Origin: an uncultured Nitrososphaerota archaeon
GTDB taxonomy: Archaea; Thermoproteota; Nitrososphaeria; Nitrososphaerales; Gagatemarchaeaceae
Direction of reading: 5' to 3'
NCBI GenBank assembly: GCA_963718895.1
Contig: CAVRAG010000008.1
Coordinates: 1,024,001-1,088,000 of the forward strand
Length of the DNA stretch: 64,000 nucleotides
Both the position numbers and the translations under genes were made by a program. Positions 31,255-40,514 of this stretch are shown piece by piece (positions within the stretch are counted from its first letter, which is position 1; each line of letters begins with the position of its first letter). The notes under the pieces were generated by a model, which saw only the letters and a program-made list of their open reading frames with translations, had not been told where the DNA came from and made no database searches.

Positions 31255-31668
31255 CTAGTAGCCACCCGCTTGATAGGTGTTCCAGCTGTTCTGTGCTTCT
31301 CCCAGAAACTCGCCTATCTCCCCACCAGCCACCGCACTTCCTAGCCCCGAAGCAACCCATTGGGAGGCTCCGCCAGTGAGAACGTCAGTTGCACCCCAAG
31401 CGACGCCTTCCGCAGCCAGTACCACGCCTTGCGCGAGGGTTAGTGAATCTATGAAGGTTGAGATACCAGCGCTTTCGACTTGGACGAGAGCTGCGGCTAT
31501 AGCGTAGGTCTGACCTTGGGCAACCGCGTTTGCAAGGTCTGCCTTCGCGTTCGGATCGGAGAGGTAATCATTAAGCGCCTCAATCATTGTAAGGGTCAGC
31601 CTATCTCTGAAGGTAAACAGAAGTGGGTCAATACCGTAGGCAGGCTTGAGCCAGAAGAGTGAAGAAGG
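31255..31668 (-). pseudogene. Orphan Gly/Ala-rich hydrophobic C-terminal domain (pore-forming toxin tip-like)
   Basis: GVVLAAEGVAWGATDVLTGGASQWVASGLGSAVAGGEIG glycine-zipper-like stretch; frame is open upstream of ATG 31587 to a stop at ~31670, consistent with a truncated larger gene. Confidence 0.45.
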
Positions 31669-31738
31669 CTATGCGGTTTATGAGGTTACGTCCGAGTAGC
31701 AAGAAATGTCTGTTATTCTGTCAAAATCGTACATTATC

Positions 31739-31760
31739 TATCTGTGAAATCTCTTTATGT
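31739..31760 (+). promoter_or_regulatory. Shared promoter motif TATCTGTGAAAT + TATA (copy 1)
   Basis: TATCTGTGAAATCTCTTTATGT about 20-40 nt before ATG 31781. Confidence 0.65.
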
Positions 31761-31780
31761 CTACATCATCAGAATCATGT

Positions 31781-32185
31781 ATGATAAACAAGGATCGAAC
31801 AGTGAAGGTCACAGTCCCTCTGACCCTCGCAGTGAGCATGACGATCTTAGTTATGGCGCTCGTCGTATATGCCAACGCGATGGCTTCAACAGTGCCGACA
31901 GAGACTCTGAACTCCACGACTACCCAGGCTCCAAATGTGCTTAGCATTGGGGAAAATGAACCGCCCGGCTGCTACACCGGATCTTTAGATCCCTTCACAA
32001 TCGTTCAGGTTACGTGCATGACGAACCTTCAACCCTTCGACAGCCCGCTCGAGCCTACGCTTACCGGAAATATGGTATCCCTAGGAGCTTTTCCGCTAGT
32101 AGGACTGCTTATCCCAACGTTTACCACCTCGGATGAAGACAAGAACTCTGCAAGGCGCCACAATAGCATTGCAGAAGCGCGCTAG
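31781..32185 (+). CDS. Secreted protein, truncated paralog of the pro-region of 32514..33572
   Basis: Signal-like TM; GCYTGSLDPFTIVQVTCMTNLQPFD aligns with GCVTGNVQQQTAVEVPCLTNLPPFD. Confidence 0.6.
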   Translation: MINKDRTVKVTVPLTLAVSMTILVMALVVYANAMASTVPTETLNSTTTQAPNVLSIGENEPPGCYTGSLDPFTIVQVTCMTNLQPFDSPLEPTLTGNMVSLGAFPLVGLLIPTFTTSDEDKNSARRHNSIAEAR

Positions 32186-32464
32186 TTCGACAGTCGTGCT
32201 CGCAAATAGCCGAGGGAGGTGAAGCAAGAACGAACTTCGCCTGTTGAGCTAGGAAGACCTGAAACATCAAGACGCCATGTTTACATTTAGCTTTCTTGAG
32301 TTCTTCGATAGGGATGAACGCGCCCTGTACCACGTCGCTCTTGCTCCATGAACCGCATCAAGTTCAAGTTGTCCGACTATTCTCCCCAAAAGTAATGCTT
32401 CTTACAGGTCCGTCCGTGACCAACGAGAAAATCCGTATAGTTGCCACAAATTAACTGCGAAAGT

Positions 32465-32486
32465 TATCTGTGAAATATCTAAATAA
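32465..32486 (+). promoter_or_regulatory. Shared promoter motif (copy 2)
   Basis: TATCTGTGAAATATCTAAATAA before ATG 32514. Confidence 0.7.
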
Positions 32487-32513
32487 TCAATACAGAAAAT
32501 TTTTCTGACCACA

Positions 32514-33572
32514 ATGAAACCTAGAAGCAGAAAAGAAACAGCGGCCCTTGAAGCAGCAGCAATCTGCATTACAGCGTTGTTCCTGGGATTCGGCGCAGCT
32601 CCAGTCCTCGCGAACACAACTGACGATTCGTCATCACCGAGCAGCTCCCCTCTCCCACAATTCCTCCAGAATTGGGAAGAAGCGAATCCCGCGTATAGTG
32701 GTTGCGTAACTGGAAATGTACAACAGCAAACTGCAGTAGAAGTCCCGTGTCTAACCAATCTCCCACCTTTTGATGTGTTGCCGCCCTCAGTATCTGTTAA
32801 CACCACATCTCAGGGAACCTCGAGCATTCCAGCATCAGAATCCGTAGAGGCGAGTAATCTATCCGTGGGTCCACTCATGGAGTATGGTCCGACTACCATC
32901 AATTGCACTTCGACCTGCAATGCTGGAGGCGAGTTCTACTACTATGGACCGTACGCTGAAATGACCGGATACGTGACGGTGCCCTCAGCCCCCTCGAACG
33001 ACCCCGCCAAGGTAGGCGGTTGGATAGGCCTTTACAACTGCACTAACTCTGGATGTCCCAGTAAAACCCTCATCGTGCAATCAGGATTCGGGTTCGGTAC
33101 AGCATGGAACGGGACAACACCAGACATGTGGGTGGAAGTGTACGGCAACTTCAACTACAATGGTCACAACTGCTACACCAGCTTCTGCGGATACAAGATA
33201 GCGGTGACCGTTGGTGACTCACTCTACCTCTCCAACTTCTATTCCGGATCTGGCTACTGGACTGCCTACGTTCAAGACGACACGCACTCCGGGTATACCC
33301 TCTATCAAGTACCTGGGTCGACCGTTGGATTGACCGGCACTCTACCGTACGCAACTGTCGACATGGAGGCGATAGGTGCTTCGAGCAATTCGTACATACC
33401 TTCACCAATCCTCTTTGACACCCTAAATGTATACAATCCCATCGGAACCCAAGTCAACATTGATCCATTTGACATGTATCAATATATCAATCCAACCGCA
33501 TCATCCGGGGTGACAGAAACATTCTGGGGCCTAGGTAATACACAGACCGCCTCCGCCGAAATCTTCACTTAG
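32514..33572 (+). CDS. Secreted G1 (A4, eqolisin-like) glutamic peptidase-like protein
   Basis: Signal peptide; VTVPS, GGWIGL, LIVQSG (catalytic Q), WVEVYG, VTVGDS, VQDDT, VDMEA (catalytic E) in G1 order. Confidence 0.7.
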   Translation: MKPRSRKETAALEAAAICITALFLGFGAAPVLANTTDDSSSPSSSPLPQFLQNWEEANPAYSGCVTGNVQQQTAVEVPCLTNLPPFDVLPPSVSVNTTSQGTSSIPASESVEASNLSVGPLMEYGPTTINCTSTCNAGGEFYYYGPYAEMTGYVTVPSAPSNDPAKVGGWIGLYNCTNSGCPSKTLIVQSGFGFGTAWNGTTPDMWVEVYGNFNYNGHNCYTSFCGYKIAVTVGDSLYLSNFYSGSGYWTAYVQDDTHSGYTLYQVPGSTVGLTGTLPYATVDMEAIGASSNSYIPSPILFDTLNVYNPIGTQVNIDPFDMYQYINPTASSGVTETFWGLGNTQTASAEIFT

Positions 33573-33611
33573 AATCAGGTCTTTTGGGAGAGACAGCCTC
33601 TCTCCCTTCTC

Positions 33612-34139
33612 TCATGTTTTCTCGGAACTCAGCTCATTCTCAAGAAGATTCAAGGCTACTCCTCCTTTCCCGGTCACCCCGTATAAGTTTGAACGCCCTT
33701 GTCTTGTTTGTATTTCGACTAGGCCCAGGTTTTGCATAAGTCTTACTTCCCTGTCAACCTCACGCCAATCGATGCCCGTTACGTCTGATATGTAGCCCCG
33801 ATGTCTTGGATTCCTTAGTACCTCTAGGATTCTCATCCTAGAGAGAGCGCCGCGCTTCTCTGTCATTAACCCAATGGTTGACTCGTCGAATCCTTCTCTC
33901 TTCCAATCTCTCCGATTCCCTCGCGATAGATGTAGAACGCTGTAGACTGACAAAATCCAAAAGGCGGCTGCTGCGGTTGCATAACCAATCCAGATACGCG
34001 ACTGTGTGGCAGAAAGCGCTTGCATCAGATTTGCATAGTTCTGTGGTAATCCGCTTGGTATTGTTGCTGCGGAGAGAAACGTCCAGAATGAGGCAGTAAG
34101 TATTAGGGCGATGGATAGAAGAATTGATTTCGACCGCAT
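33612..34139 (-). CDS. Membrane-anchored winged-HTH transcription factor
   Basis: Two N-terminal TM helices; C-terminal RGALSRMRILEVL..ISDVTGIDWREVDREVRLMQNLGLVEI..LYGVTGKG ArsR-like wHTH. Confidence 0.75.
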   Translation of the reverse strand: MRSKSILLSIALILTASFWTFLSAATIPSGLPQNYANLMQALSATQSRIWIGYATAAAAFWILSVYSVLHLSRGNRRDWKREGFDESTIGLMTEKRGALSRMRILEVLRNPRHRGYISDVTGIDWREVDREVRLMQNLGLVEIQTRQGRSNLYGVTGKGGVALNLLENELSSEKT

Positions 34140-34664
34140 TTCTTTTCTTTAGCAAGAGAGAGCACGCTTCCAATAAGTCTTTCCCCGATTCTTGTTATTT
34201 CAGCGTTGGCTCACTGGGGTGTTAGGACAAGTGATTGCATCATGTCCATTATGCAAGATTGTCATCCTGACGCTCGGACAACCCATGCCGTCTTGCATTG
34301 GAGTTTCTGACCACGACAAGTTTGTTCCCCCACTTGTTCCAGCCGTACTCCTTGCGTTTGATTTCGTCGTAGGATTCCACCATGTCGACGTCGATTCAAT
34401 TGACGTCTTCGAGGCGAAGAAGATGGTGAAATGGCATGCTAAATCGGTCGACACGAGGCTCGTGTCATTGGGTTAGCCTCAAGAACTCCTCTTGCAGAAT
34501 CGTTCCCAAATTCGCAAGGACTTAGAACTCGGTACACGGCGTCCACCGGTTGTGGAACACCTACGGAACCTTATCTCGAATCGACCAAGGGGGAACTGAA
34601 TCAGATAGAACAAGCCCCTAGATTGGCCGAGTCTTTGCAAAACCCGAATGGTGCCTAGTTTCTA

Positions 34665-35780
34665 CTACCCAACGACTGTGAATGATGTAGATCCAGTTAT
34701 TTCGCCGTATGCTTCGAGCGATGATCCCTTGTATAGGTAGAGTAGGCCGACATTGTAACTCGAGCCGATGGAGACGTCACCGGCGCTAGTGTGTGGGCTC
34801 TCACCCCAACCGGTCAATGAAGGAGCAGACGGCGACCAGACGACGATTACCGGCGACGAAGTCCCGAGAGCCTCAAAGACTCCTTCTGTCTGAACAAACG
34901 TAGACTGAGAGGAACCCCCATTCGCGAGGCTAACCGTCAGGTAATAATCTGTAGAGCCGAAGCTCCATTGGAAAGTGGGACTTTGGCTTGTTTCAGTAAA
35001 TGAAAACACAAATTCCTCTTGAGTGCTATTGATGGATGTTGGATAAGTGCTGAGGTCTTTTTCAGTCTTGTTCGAGCCATGGAGGTCCGCGTAGAATAGC
35101 ACCCAAGTCATCGTGCCATGACCAGTGTAACTTCCACCACCGTTGCAGCCCGCATGGTTGTAGCAAACATTTATTCCGTTCTGAAGCAGATCTCCGCTGA
35201 CGTCATTACTTCCGCTTAGACCGGTCCAGAAACCCGTTGCACAGGATGAACCGGTCCAGCAACTACCATCCCAAGTCATGGTGCTTGGACCATACACCCC
35301 ACTTGTCTCTTGTGTATAGGCCGCGCTACCGCACTGAAGACCTCCATTGGATGCCACTGAAAAAGTGCAGTCGCCTGCCGCAGCCCCTGCCCAGTTACCA
35401 CTATCGCTTGTCGGATAACCGTCTTTGAGGTTACCAGAGGTGTCTCCCGGATTCAGGATGACAGTGTAGCCAACAGCAGCGTTGCCTACAACCTGAGAGA
35501 CACTCGCTGAGAACCCAGTGTAAGGATCCTTCATCAACTGCTGGTAAGATGCAAGAGTCATCGACATTTGACCATCACCTATGTAGTTTATTGTATAAGT
35601 TCCGGAGGGGTCCTTGACTATCTCAGTGTCCATAGGCGGAACGATGGAAGGAGTAAGGGTTGGCGAGATTGCGGAACTAGGTGTGCCTGGAAGCGCCTGG
35701 GCAGTCATTCCATTAAGTGAGAGTAGGGGGAGTAGAAGACCCAAACAAACGGCCGTTGAAAAAATCCTGGGGGGACTCAT
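34665..35780 (-). CDS. Secreted G1 glutamic peptidase-like protein
   Basis: Signal peptide from ATG 35780; SGNWAG, FWTGLSG, DLLQNG, TEGVFEA motifs. Confidence 0.7.
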   Translation of the reverse strand: MSPPRIFSTAVCLGLLLPLLSLNGMTAQALPGTPSSAISPTLTPSIVPPMDTEIVKDPSGTYTINYIGDGQMSMTLASYQQLMKDPYTGFSASVSQVVGNAAVGYTVILNPGDTSGNLKDGYPTSDSGNWAGAAAGDCTFSVASNGGLQCGSAAYTQETSGVYGPSTMTWDGSCWTGSSCATGFWTGLSGSNDVSGDLLQNGINVCYNHAGCNGGGSYTGHGTMTWVLFYADLHGSNKTEKDLSTYPTSINSTQEEFVFSFTETSQSPTFQWSFGSTDYYLTVSLANGGSSQSTFVQTEGVFEALGTSSPVIVVWSPSAPSLTGWGESPHTSAGDVSIGSSYNVGLLYLYKGSSLEAYGEITGSTSFTVVG

Positions 35781-35802
35781 TGAGAAGAAAGAAGCTAACG
35801 CG

Positions 35803-35824
35803 TTATATAGATATTTCACAGATA
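35803..35824 (-). promoter_or_regulatory. Shared promoter motif (copy 3)
   Basis: TATCTGTGAAATATCTATATAA on the minus strand before ATG 35780. Confidence 0.7.
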
Positions 35825-35949
35825 GTTTCTCTACGAAATTATCTTATGAACGCGCTTTTCTCTAATCACTCATGCAACTCATTGCAAAACATTGTTTCTC
35901 TGGATGGGTATCTTTCTCCGCACGGAGGTTCAGATGCGTAACGGTCCTC

Positions 35950-36154
35950 TGAACTACCTAGACCTGAAGGCGTTAAGTCTAGAAATCCGTGAGCCTGGCT
36001 GCGCCTTTCTCCCGCTCCGCTTCGTCGAGTCGTCGAACTTCGTGCAGTGCTTCTTCTGGCTGTTCTGGACGTAGCATCCGACCGCCTCTGCCGTGATGGC
36101 GCCCACCTGCCTGTAGTAGCCGTCCGACCACAACGAGTCGCCCCACAGCTTCAC
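35950..36154 (-). mobile_element. IS200/IS605 relic: 3' tnpA fragment plus end hairpin
   Basis: LWGDSLWSDGYYRQVGAITAEAVGCYVQNSQ (Y1 transposase C-terminus); CTAGAC-TTAACGCCTTCAG-GTCTAG-GTAGTTCA terminal hairpin. Confidence 0.75.
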
Positions 36155-36374
36155 TGTGCCCGCGTACAGCCATGCGGTACATCAGGATTCCAACGCCAAT
36201 GGAGGCGAAGACAAGGGCGATGGCCAACGAAGCTACTCCAAAGAGACCAGACGGGTTGGTCCGTCGCGGGGTAAGAAAGAGAGCGGAAGACTCGGTTCCA
36301 AGGAAGACCGGATATGAGATGGTCACCGCGGCGAGCGAAGCAATAACTTTAGCGATTTTTGAGAGCCTTGACAT
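36155..36374 (-). pseudogene. Small 2-TM membrane protein fused to / truncated by the IS relic
   Basis: MSRLSKIAKVIASLAAVTISYPVFLG...LFGVASLAIALVFASIGVGILMY reads into the tnpA fragment. Confidence 0.45.
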
Positions 36375-36446
36375 CGTGTGCTCATAGACGATGATATGCT
36401 CGGCAAAGGCCTCGTCGAGATGTCCCACCCTGCAGGGCGTGGGGGG

Positions 36447-36650
36447 GTGCATGGAACCACATCGGCGCAAGATGGAGCGCTGCCTCGTACACTACCTGAG
36501 GGAGCTGGAGGAGATGGTCAAGTACAAAGAGCGCTGGGAAGAGCTTCCCACCATTCGGAAAAAGCTGCGCAGAATACTCAGGGACGCGATTAGGACGGCT
36601 GATGAGCAGGACCACGGCGAGACGCTGAGGGCGAGGAGAGGCTCGAGGCG
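36447..36650 (+). mobile_element. IS66-family transposase fragment (downstream part)
   Basis: AWNHIGARW/RCLVHYLRELEEM...KKLRRILRDAIR. Confidence 0.65.
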
Positions 36651-36702
36651 AGGATATATGCGCTCATCTCGTCAAGGTCGGCAGTCATGGTTTCGAAGAG
36701 AG

Positions 36703-38022
36703 CTAAGTATGACAGGAGCCCGAGTAAACCGCCGTAAAGGTTTGTCCCGAACTAGTTGCACTGAAGCTTCGCTGGCTATTCGTGTTGCCATTGTCCTGCC
36801 AATACGCGAAATCGCACGAACCGTAATTCTGCGGGTGGACAACGTACGACTGTCCAGAGACTAGTCCGGTAAAGGTCACATCGCTGTATCCCGAGGCTAT
36901 TACATTACCTGATTGACTAAGGGTGGTATAGTACCCTGATATTTGCTGTCCTGATGTGTTGATGGTATTGACAGTCACCGAGCCGTTACAGTCATACATG
37001 GCTTCGAACTCATTATGACTAGTGGCTGTGAACGAGAGAGGATCCGATGTAGAACCGCTGGACCATTGGGTAAACGTGCAATCTCCATAACTGTCTGCTT
37101 CTACCGTATAGGTTTCACCGCTCACTAAATCTCCAAACGCCATCGGTGTGAAATTCGAAACAACTAATGTCCCGCTTTGCTTTACCGCCGAGTAGAACCC
37201 GGTTATCGGTTCTCCGTTTTGATTCACGGAGCTTACCGTTATGTTCGACTGGGCGAAGAAGGGTTGTGTACATGCGTATGACTCTGTACAAGTCAACGAG
37301 CCATAGCCCATGTTGGATGAGTCGCCTGACCAAGTCTCCGAGAAGCACCGATTCGTAGAAATTGAGCCGCCGGGCATAGAATACGAGAACAGACCGTGAC
37401 CTGACGTGAAGTTCATTCCAGTACCGCCTTCGTCTGTAAGGATGACGCTGCTGTACTGCACTGGATTACCGGTCTGCTCTTCTGCAGGGAAGTCTATGGA
37501 ATGATTAGGCAGTTGTTCGACTCCATTGTCATAGATCTCCCACGTCACAGATGTAACTACTCCATTACTTACCGTTGGTATCATGTACAGCGTGATAGCC
37601 GAATTCGAAACGTTCCAAGTTCCAGTTACGTCTAAAGTACTTGCAGGAACGGCTTGATGATTTATCGACCCATTGTACAGATACTGTATGTACATCTGAC
37701 CGAAGTCAGAGCCATATATATTCGAAATGAATTGAAGATATGGGTCGTTTTGGGTTCCATTTGGATCACGGGTGTTCACGTTAAGCTGCCACCCATAATC
37801 GTTAATGTCTGCACCCTGGACTGACTTGAGCGGAGCGAGTTCATTGAAACTCTCCGACATGAATACATTCGAGCAACTCTTATCACTGTCTGTAAGTACC
37901 GAAACATTGTATATGCCGTTGCCCCCAGCACGGACGGCCACGGGCGATATCATCAATAAGCATAGGACAAGTACTACGCCGAGGAAAGTAGGTATCTTTG
38001 GCAGTTGGTTCGACCTAATCAT
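36703..38022 (-). CDS. Secreted protein, possible thermopsin-like N-domain plus two ~85-aa beta-sandwich repeats
   Basis: Signal peptide from ATG 38022; YGWQLNVNT..YLQFI; repeats ITVSSVNQNGEPITGFY...LVSGETYTV..YGDCTFTQW and VTVNTINTSGQQISGYY...LVSGQSYVV..YGSCDFAYW. Confidence 0.6.
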   Translation of the reverse strand: MIRSNQLPKIPTFLGVVLVLCLLMISPVAVRAGGNGIYNVSVLTDSDKSCSNVFMSESFNELAPLKSVQGADINDYGWQLNVNTRDPNGTQNDPYLQFISNIYGSDFGQMYIQYLYNGSINHQAVPASTLDVTGTWNVSNSAITLYMIPTVSNGVVTSVTWEIYDNGVEQLPNHSIDFPAEEQTGNPVQYSSVILTDEGGTGMNFTSGHGLFSYSMPGGSISTNRCFSETWSGDSSNMGYGSLTCTESYACTQPFFAQSNITVSSVNQNGEPITGFYSAVKQSGTLVVSNFTPMAFGDLVSGETYTVEADSYGDCTFTQWSSGSTSDPLSFTATSHNEFEAMYDCNGSVTVNTINTSGQQISGYYTTLSQSGNVIASGYSDVTFTGLVSGQSYVVHPQNYGSCDFAYWQDNGNTNSQRSFSATSSGQTFTAVYSGSCHT

Positions 38023-38722
38023 ATCCCCACATACTCGGGTTGTATGACAATGAGGTAGCCCCATTGGTCGATGGAAGGGTAAGCGGAAGTGATGCGATTG
38101 CAACTTCATAAGACCTGTACGTGGCATCGTGGTTCGAGTACACTTGAATTGCGCTTTGGCAATAGAATGCCAGCGCGACGGTCGTCCCCGGTGCGATATT
38201 CGCTTGGATAATCACGGTTAAGGCGCTTATCGTAGGACCAGAAACAGTCGACTGTCCAGATGGCGCAGGAGCACTTGTAATTTCGTAAGTGTCGTGACCA
38301 GAGAGCGTCCCATCGATATATGCAGCGACTGTGAAATTACTACCTAGGTTGGAAGTCATATCCTCATAGGCAACGACTTCAGCGGCGCCCAACCTAGTTG
38401 TCTGGTTTTCCCAGGTGAAGGTCGTCCAGACAAGGGTGTTTGCTGGGAAGAGTTCAGTCGTGGAATTGTTGTCAGGAACAACTCGGAAAAGCATTCTCTG
38501 CGGATTTGAATGAAACGTCGTAGTGTCAGTCTGGGAGGTCGTGGTGGTACTAGTCGAACTTGACGATGAGGAATTGGAAGTGACAGAGTCAGAAGTAGAA
38601 GTGGAACTTACAGTGGCCGATGCAGTAAGTCCCAGATACGCAACCGATGTAATAGATGCGACGACGATAATCATAGTCACGACAGTGCCGGCGAGAGTCA
38701 TTCCCCGTCGATGACCATTCAT
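38015..38722 (-). CDS. Membrane-anchored surface protein with Ser/Thr-rich linker
   Basis: N-terminal TM, poly-S/T stalk, beta-rich domain; overlaps the start of the next gene. Confidence 0.7.
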   Translation of the reverse strand: MNGHRRGMTLAGTVVTMIIVVASITSVAYLGLTASATVSSTSTSDSVTSNSSSSSSTSTTTTSQTDTTTFHSNPQRMLFRVVPDNNSTTELFPANTLVWTTFTWENQTTRLGAAEVVAYEDMTSNLGSNFTVAAYIDGTLSGHDTYEITSAPAPSGQSTVSGPTISALTVIIQANIAPGTTVALAFYCQSAIQVYSNHDATYRSYEVAIASLPLTLPSTNGATSLSYNPSMWGYD

Positions 38723-38866
38723 ACCCTGGATTCAGTACCAAGGTCAATATGAGCCTTGGGAAGGGACTTCCTAGTGCTTGGTTATATAGTGTTTCTTCAC
38801 GGGAAAATCTTGTTTTCCTTGATATTGGAATGAGTATCCTTTAGCATTTCAAACATCAGATTTCGA

Positions 38867-39250
38867 TTACCTAGGAAGCCACGTGCAAACTGTACTGTTC
38901 CATGCTGGACCGCCTGAGTTAAGAATCGAAGTCGTAGTAGTGGTCGAATAGCCCGCTGGATGTCCAACCGAAGTCGTGGTCGTGTAATCCGTTTCGAGGA
39001 CAGATCCCGTTTGGTTGGTCCCGTTCGAAACAATGAGTACTTGGAAGTTGGAAACAACGCAATTCAAGAGGTTCGCTCCTTGGCTTGGGGTGATCGTAGT
39101 TGTGTAAGTGCTCGTTAGAACGGTGACGTACGTACTCGTTTCAGTGGTAGTGGGCTTCAAGGCGTACACTGTTCCAAAACCAGCCAGCAGCATGACCACT
39201 GCTAGAGCAGCGATAATCAAACGGTTCCGTCGGGCAGGATTATCGCTCAA
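38867..39250 (-). CDS. Small Thr-rich membrane-anchored secreted protein
   Basis: RRNRLIIAALAVVMLLAGFGTVYAL TM then Thr-rich domain with two Cys; likely TTG start at 39250. Confidence 0.6.
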   Translation of the reverse strand: MSDNPARRNRLIIAALAVVMLLAGFGTVYALKPTTTETSTYVTVLTSTYTTTITPSQGANLLNCVVSNFQVLIVSNGTNQTGSVLETDYTTTTSVGHPAGYSTTTTTSILNSGGPAWNSTVCTWLPR

Positions 39251-39532
39251 ACAAAACTCCGATGCAAAACGGGCAGGACAGATTAATAGTTTTGCCCGAA
39301 CGCAGGAGATGGAGATGTGATTTTGAGCTGCTTTCATTCGAGGATCTTGCATGGCCTGGCCGCTAAGCAGTTATTGGGGCTAGACTTGTCTCAGTGTGCA
39401 CGTTGTGCACACGATTCGTCTCAAGACGGCCGTTTCTGTTGAGGATGATAAGCTCCCTCCTCTTGACCCTGTGATCTATTCCTGCCCTGAAGAAGGCCTT
39501 CAGGATGGTATTGACCACTTCGCTCCTATCCA

Positions 39533-39657
39533 GGAACCTACTGGCTCTGGCCCTCCTTGGCAGGCAGTCCATGATCTACGAAGTGGACCGGTCGAGAGGC
39601 AAGCACGTCCCCAGGAGGGTCCTCGGAGACTACCGAGGTACCGTGATCAGCGACTTC
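39533..39657 (+). mobile_element. IS66-family transposase fragment (upstream part)
   Basis: YWLW, then IYEVDRSRGKHVPRRVLGDYRGTVISDF in a shifted frame. Confidence 0.7.
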
Positions 39658-39699
39658 ACCCGAGGATCTTGATGCAAGGCAGGATTCGTCGCTCGCGTC

Positions 39700-40092
39700 T
39701 CATGGAGATAACTGGCCAGTGATTTTCTTCTCGAGCTCTCGCTCGGCCGCCCTGATCTCCCGGACCTGCTTCCCGAGCCGCGAGGCGAACAGGTAGTTGA
39801 CCGTTCCCACGTAGAGCCAGGCCGCGCTGAGAGCCAACAGGGTGACCTCGAAGACGATCAGGCCGGGGTTGAGAAGGTCGACCGTCTGGTACCTGTCGCC
39901 GCCGACGAAGGGTAGGACTATCTGAGAGAAATAGGAAGCCGCCATCAGGAACGCGACGACGATGGTTATCGCCGAGAGGAACCTTATCCTCGATTGGCCG
40001 TTCTCGATGTGCTCGATGAGCTCCTCCTGGGCCTCGATCATCATCACCCCGGGCGACTTTTCGCGCCCCGCCTCCGATTCCGGTGCAGGCAT
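39700..40092 (-). CDS. 2-TM membrane protein with coiled-coil ends
   Basis: Likely ATG at 40092 preceded by GGAGG; TM helices FLSAITIVVAFLMAASYF and LIVFEVTLLALSAAWLYVG. Confidence 0.7.
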   Translation of the reverse strand: MPAPESEAGREKSPGVMMIEAQEELIEHIENGQSRIRFLSAITIVVAFLMAASYFSQIVLPFVGGDRYQTVDLLNPGLIVFEVTLLALSAAWLYVGTVNYLFASRLGKQVREIRAAERELEKKITGQLSP

Positions 40093-40129
40093 CCTCCTTC
40101 GAGAGAGGCGGGCCATCGGCATAAAACGG

Positions 40130-40147
40130 TTCCTCATCAGTGGTGAG
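40130..40147. promoter_or_regulatory. Palindromic operator copy (CTCATCAGTGGTGAG)
   Basis: The minus strand reads CACCACTGATGAGGAA directly upstream of a TTTTATG TATA box. Confidence 0.6.
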
Positions 40148-40160
40148 TCTACGTCGGGAG

Positions 40161-40415
40161 CTAGGGGTGGAGCCGGTCCATCACCTTCCTGAAGTCCTGG
40201 TAGATCTGGTGGCCGTCGGGGGTCAGCGAGTATATCTCGTGTCCCTGCTCGCTGGACCTGCTGACCAGGCTCCTGGACTCCAGGAAGTCCGCCCACTTCA
40301 CGAAGTTGTCGTAGCTGAGGTTGCAGGTCTGGGCGATTCGGGTCGGGAGCTTCGGGCCCTCGAGGAGCGCGGCGAGGATGTCCATCATGATGACGAGGTC
40401 GGGTCTCCTCTTCAA
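40161..40415 (-). CDS. Small winged-HTH transcription regulator (archaeal HTH_45-like)
   Basis: RRPDLVIMMDIL...PTRIAQTCNLSY...YSLTPDG. Confidence 0.85.
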   Translation of the reverse strand: MKRRPDLVIMMDILAALLEGPKLPTRIAQTCNLSYDNFVKWADFLESRSLVSRSSEQGHEIYSLTPDGHQIYQDFRKVMDRLHP

Positions 40416-40514
40416 GAGTACGCCCGTCCATAAGATCGGTCTCGATAGATAAACAAGGCTGATTGGCCTCCGTCAGCTCCCACAGCCACCCGTTTGCGGC
40501 ACTCATCTCTGATA

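Noticed and set aside
34200-34480. Short ORFs between the wHTH and the second peptidase
   Set aside because: Fragmentary, no recognisable motif; probably a decayed gene
36424-36445. CCCACCCTGCAGGGCGTGGG hairpin as the second IS200/605 end
   Set aside because: Plausible, but unrelated sequence lies between it and the tnpA fragment and it does not match the other end hairpin
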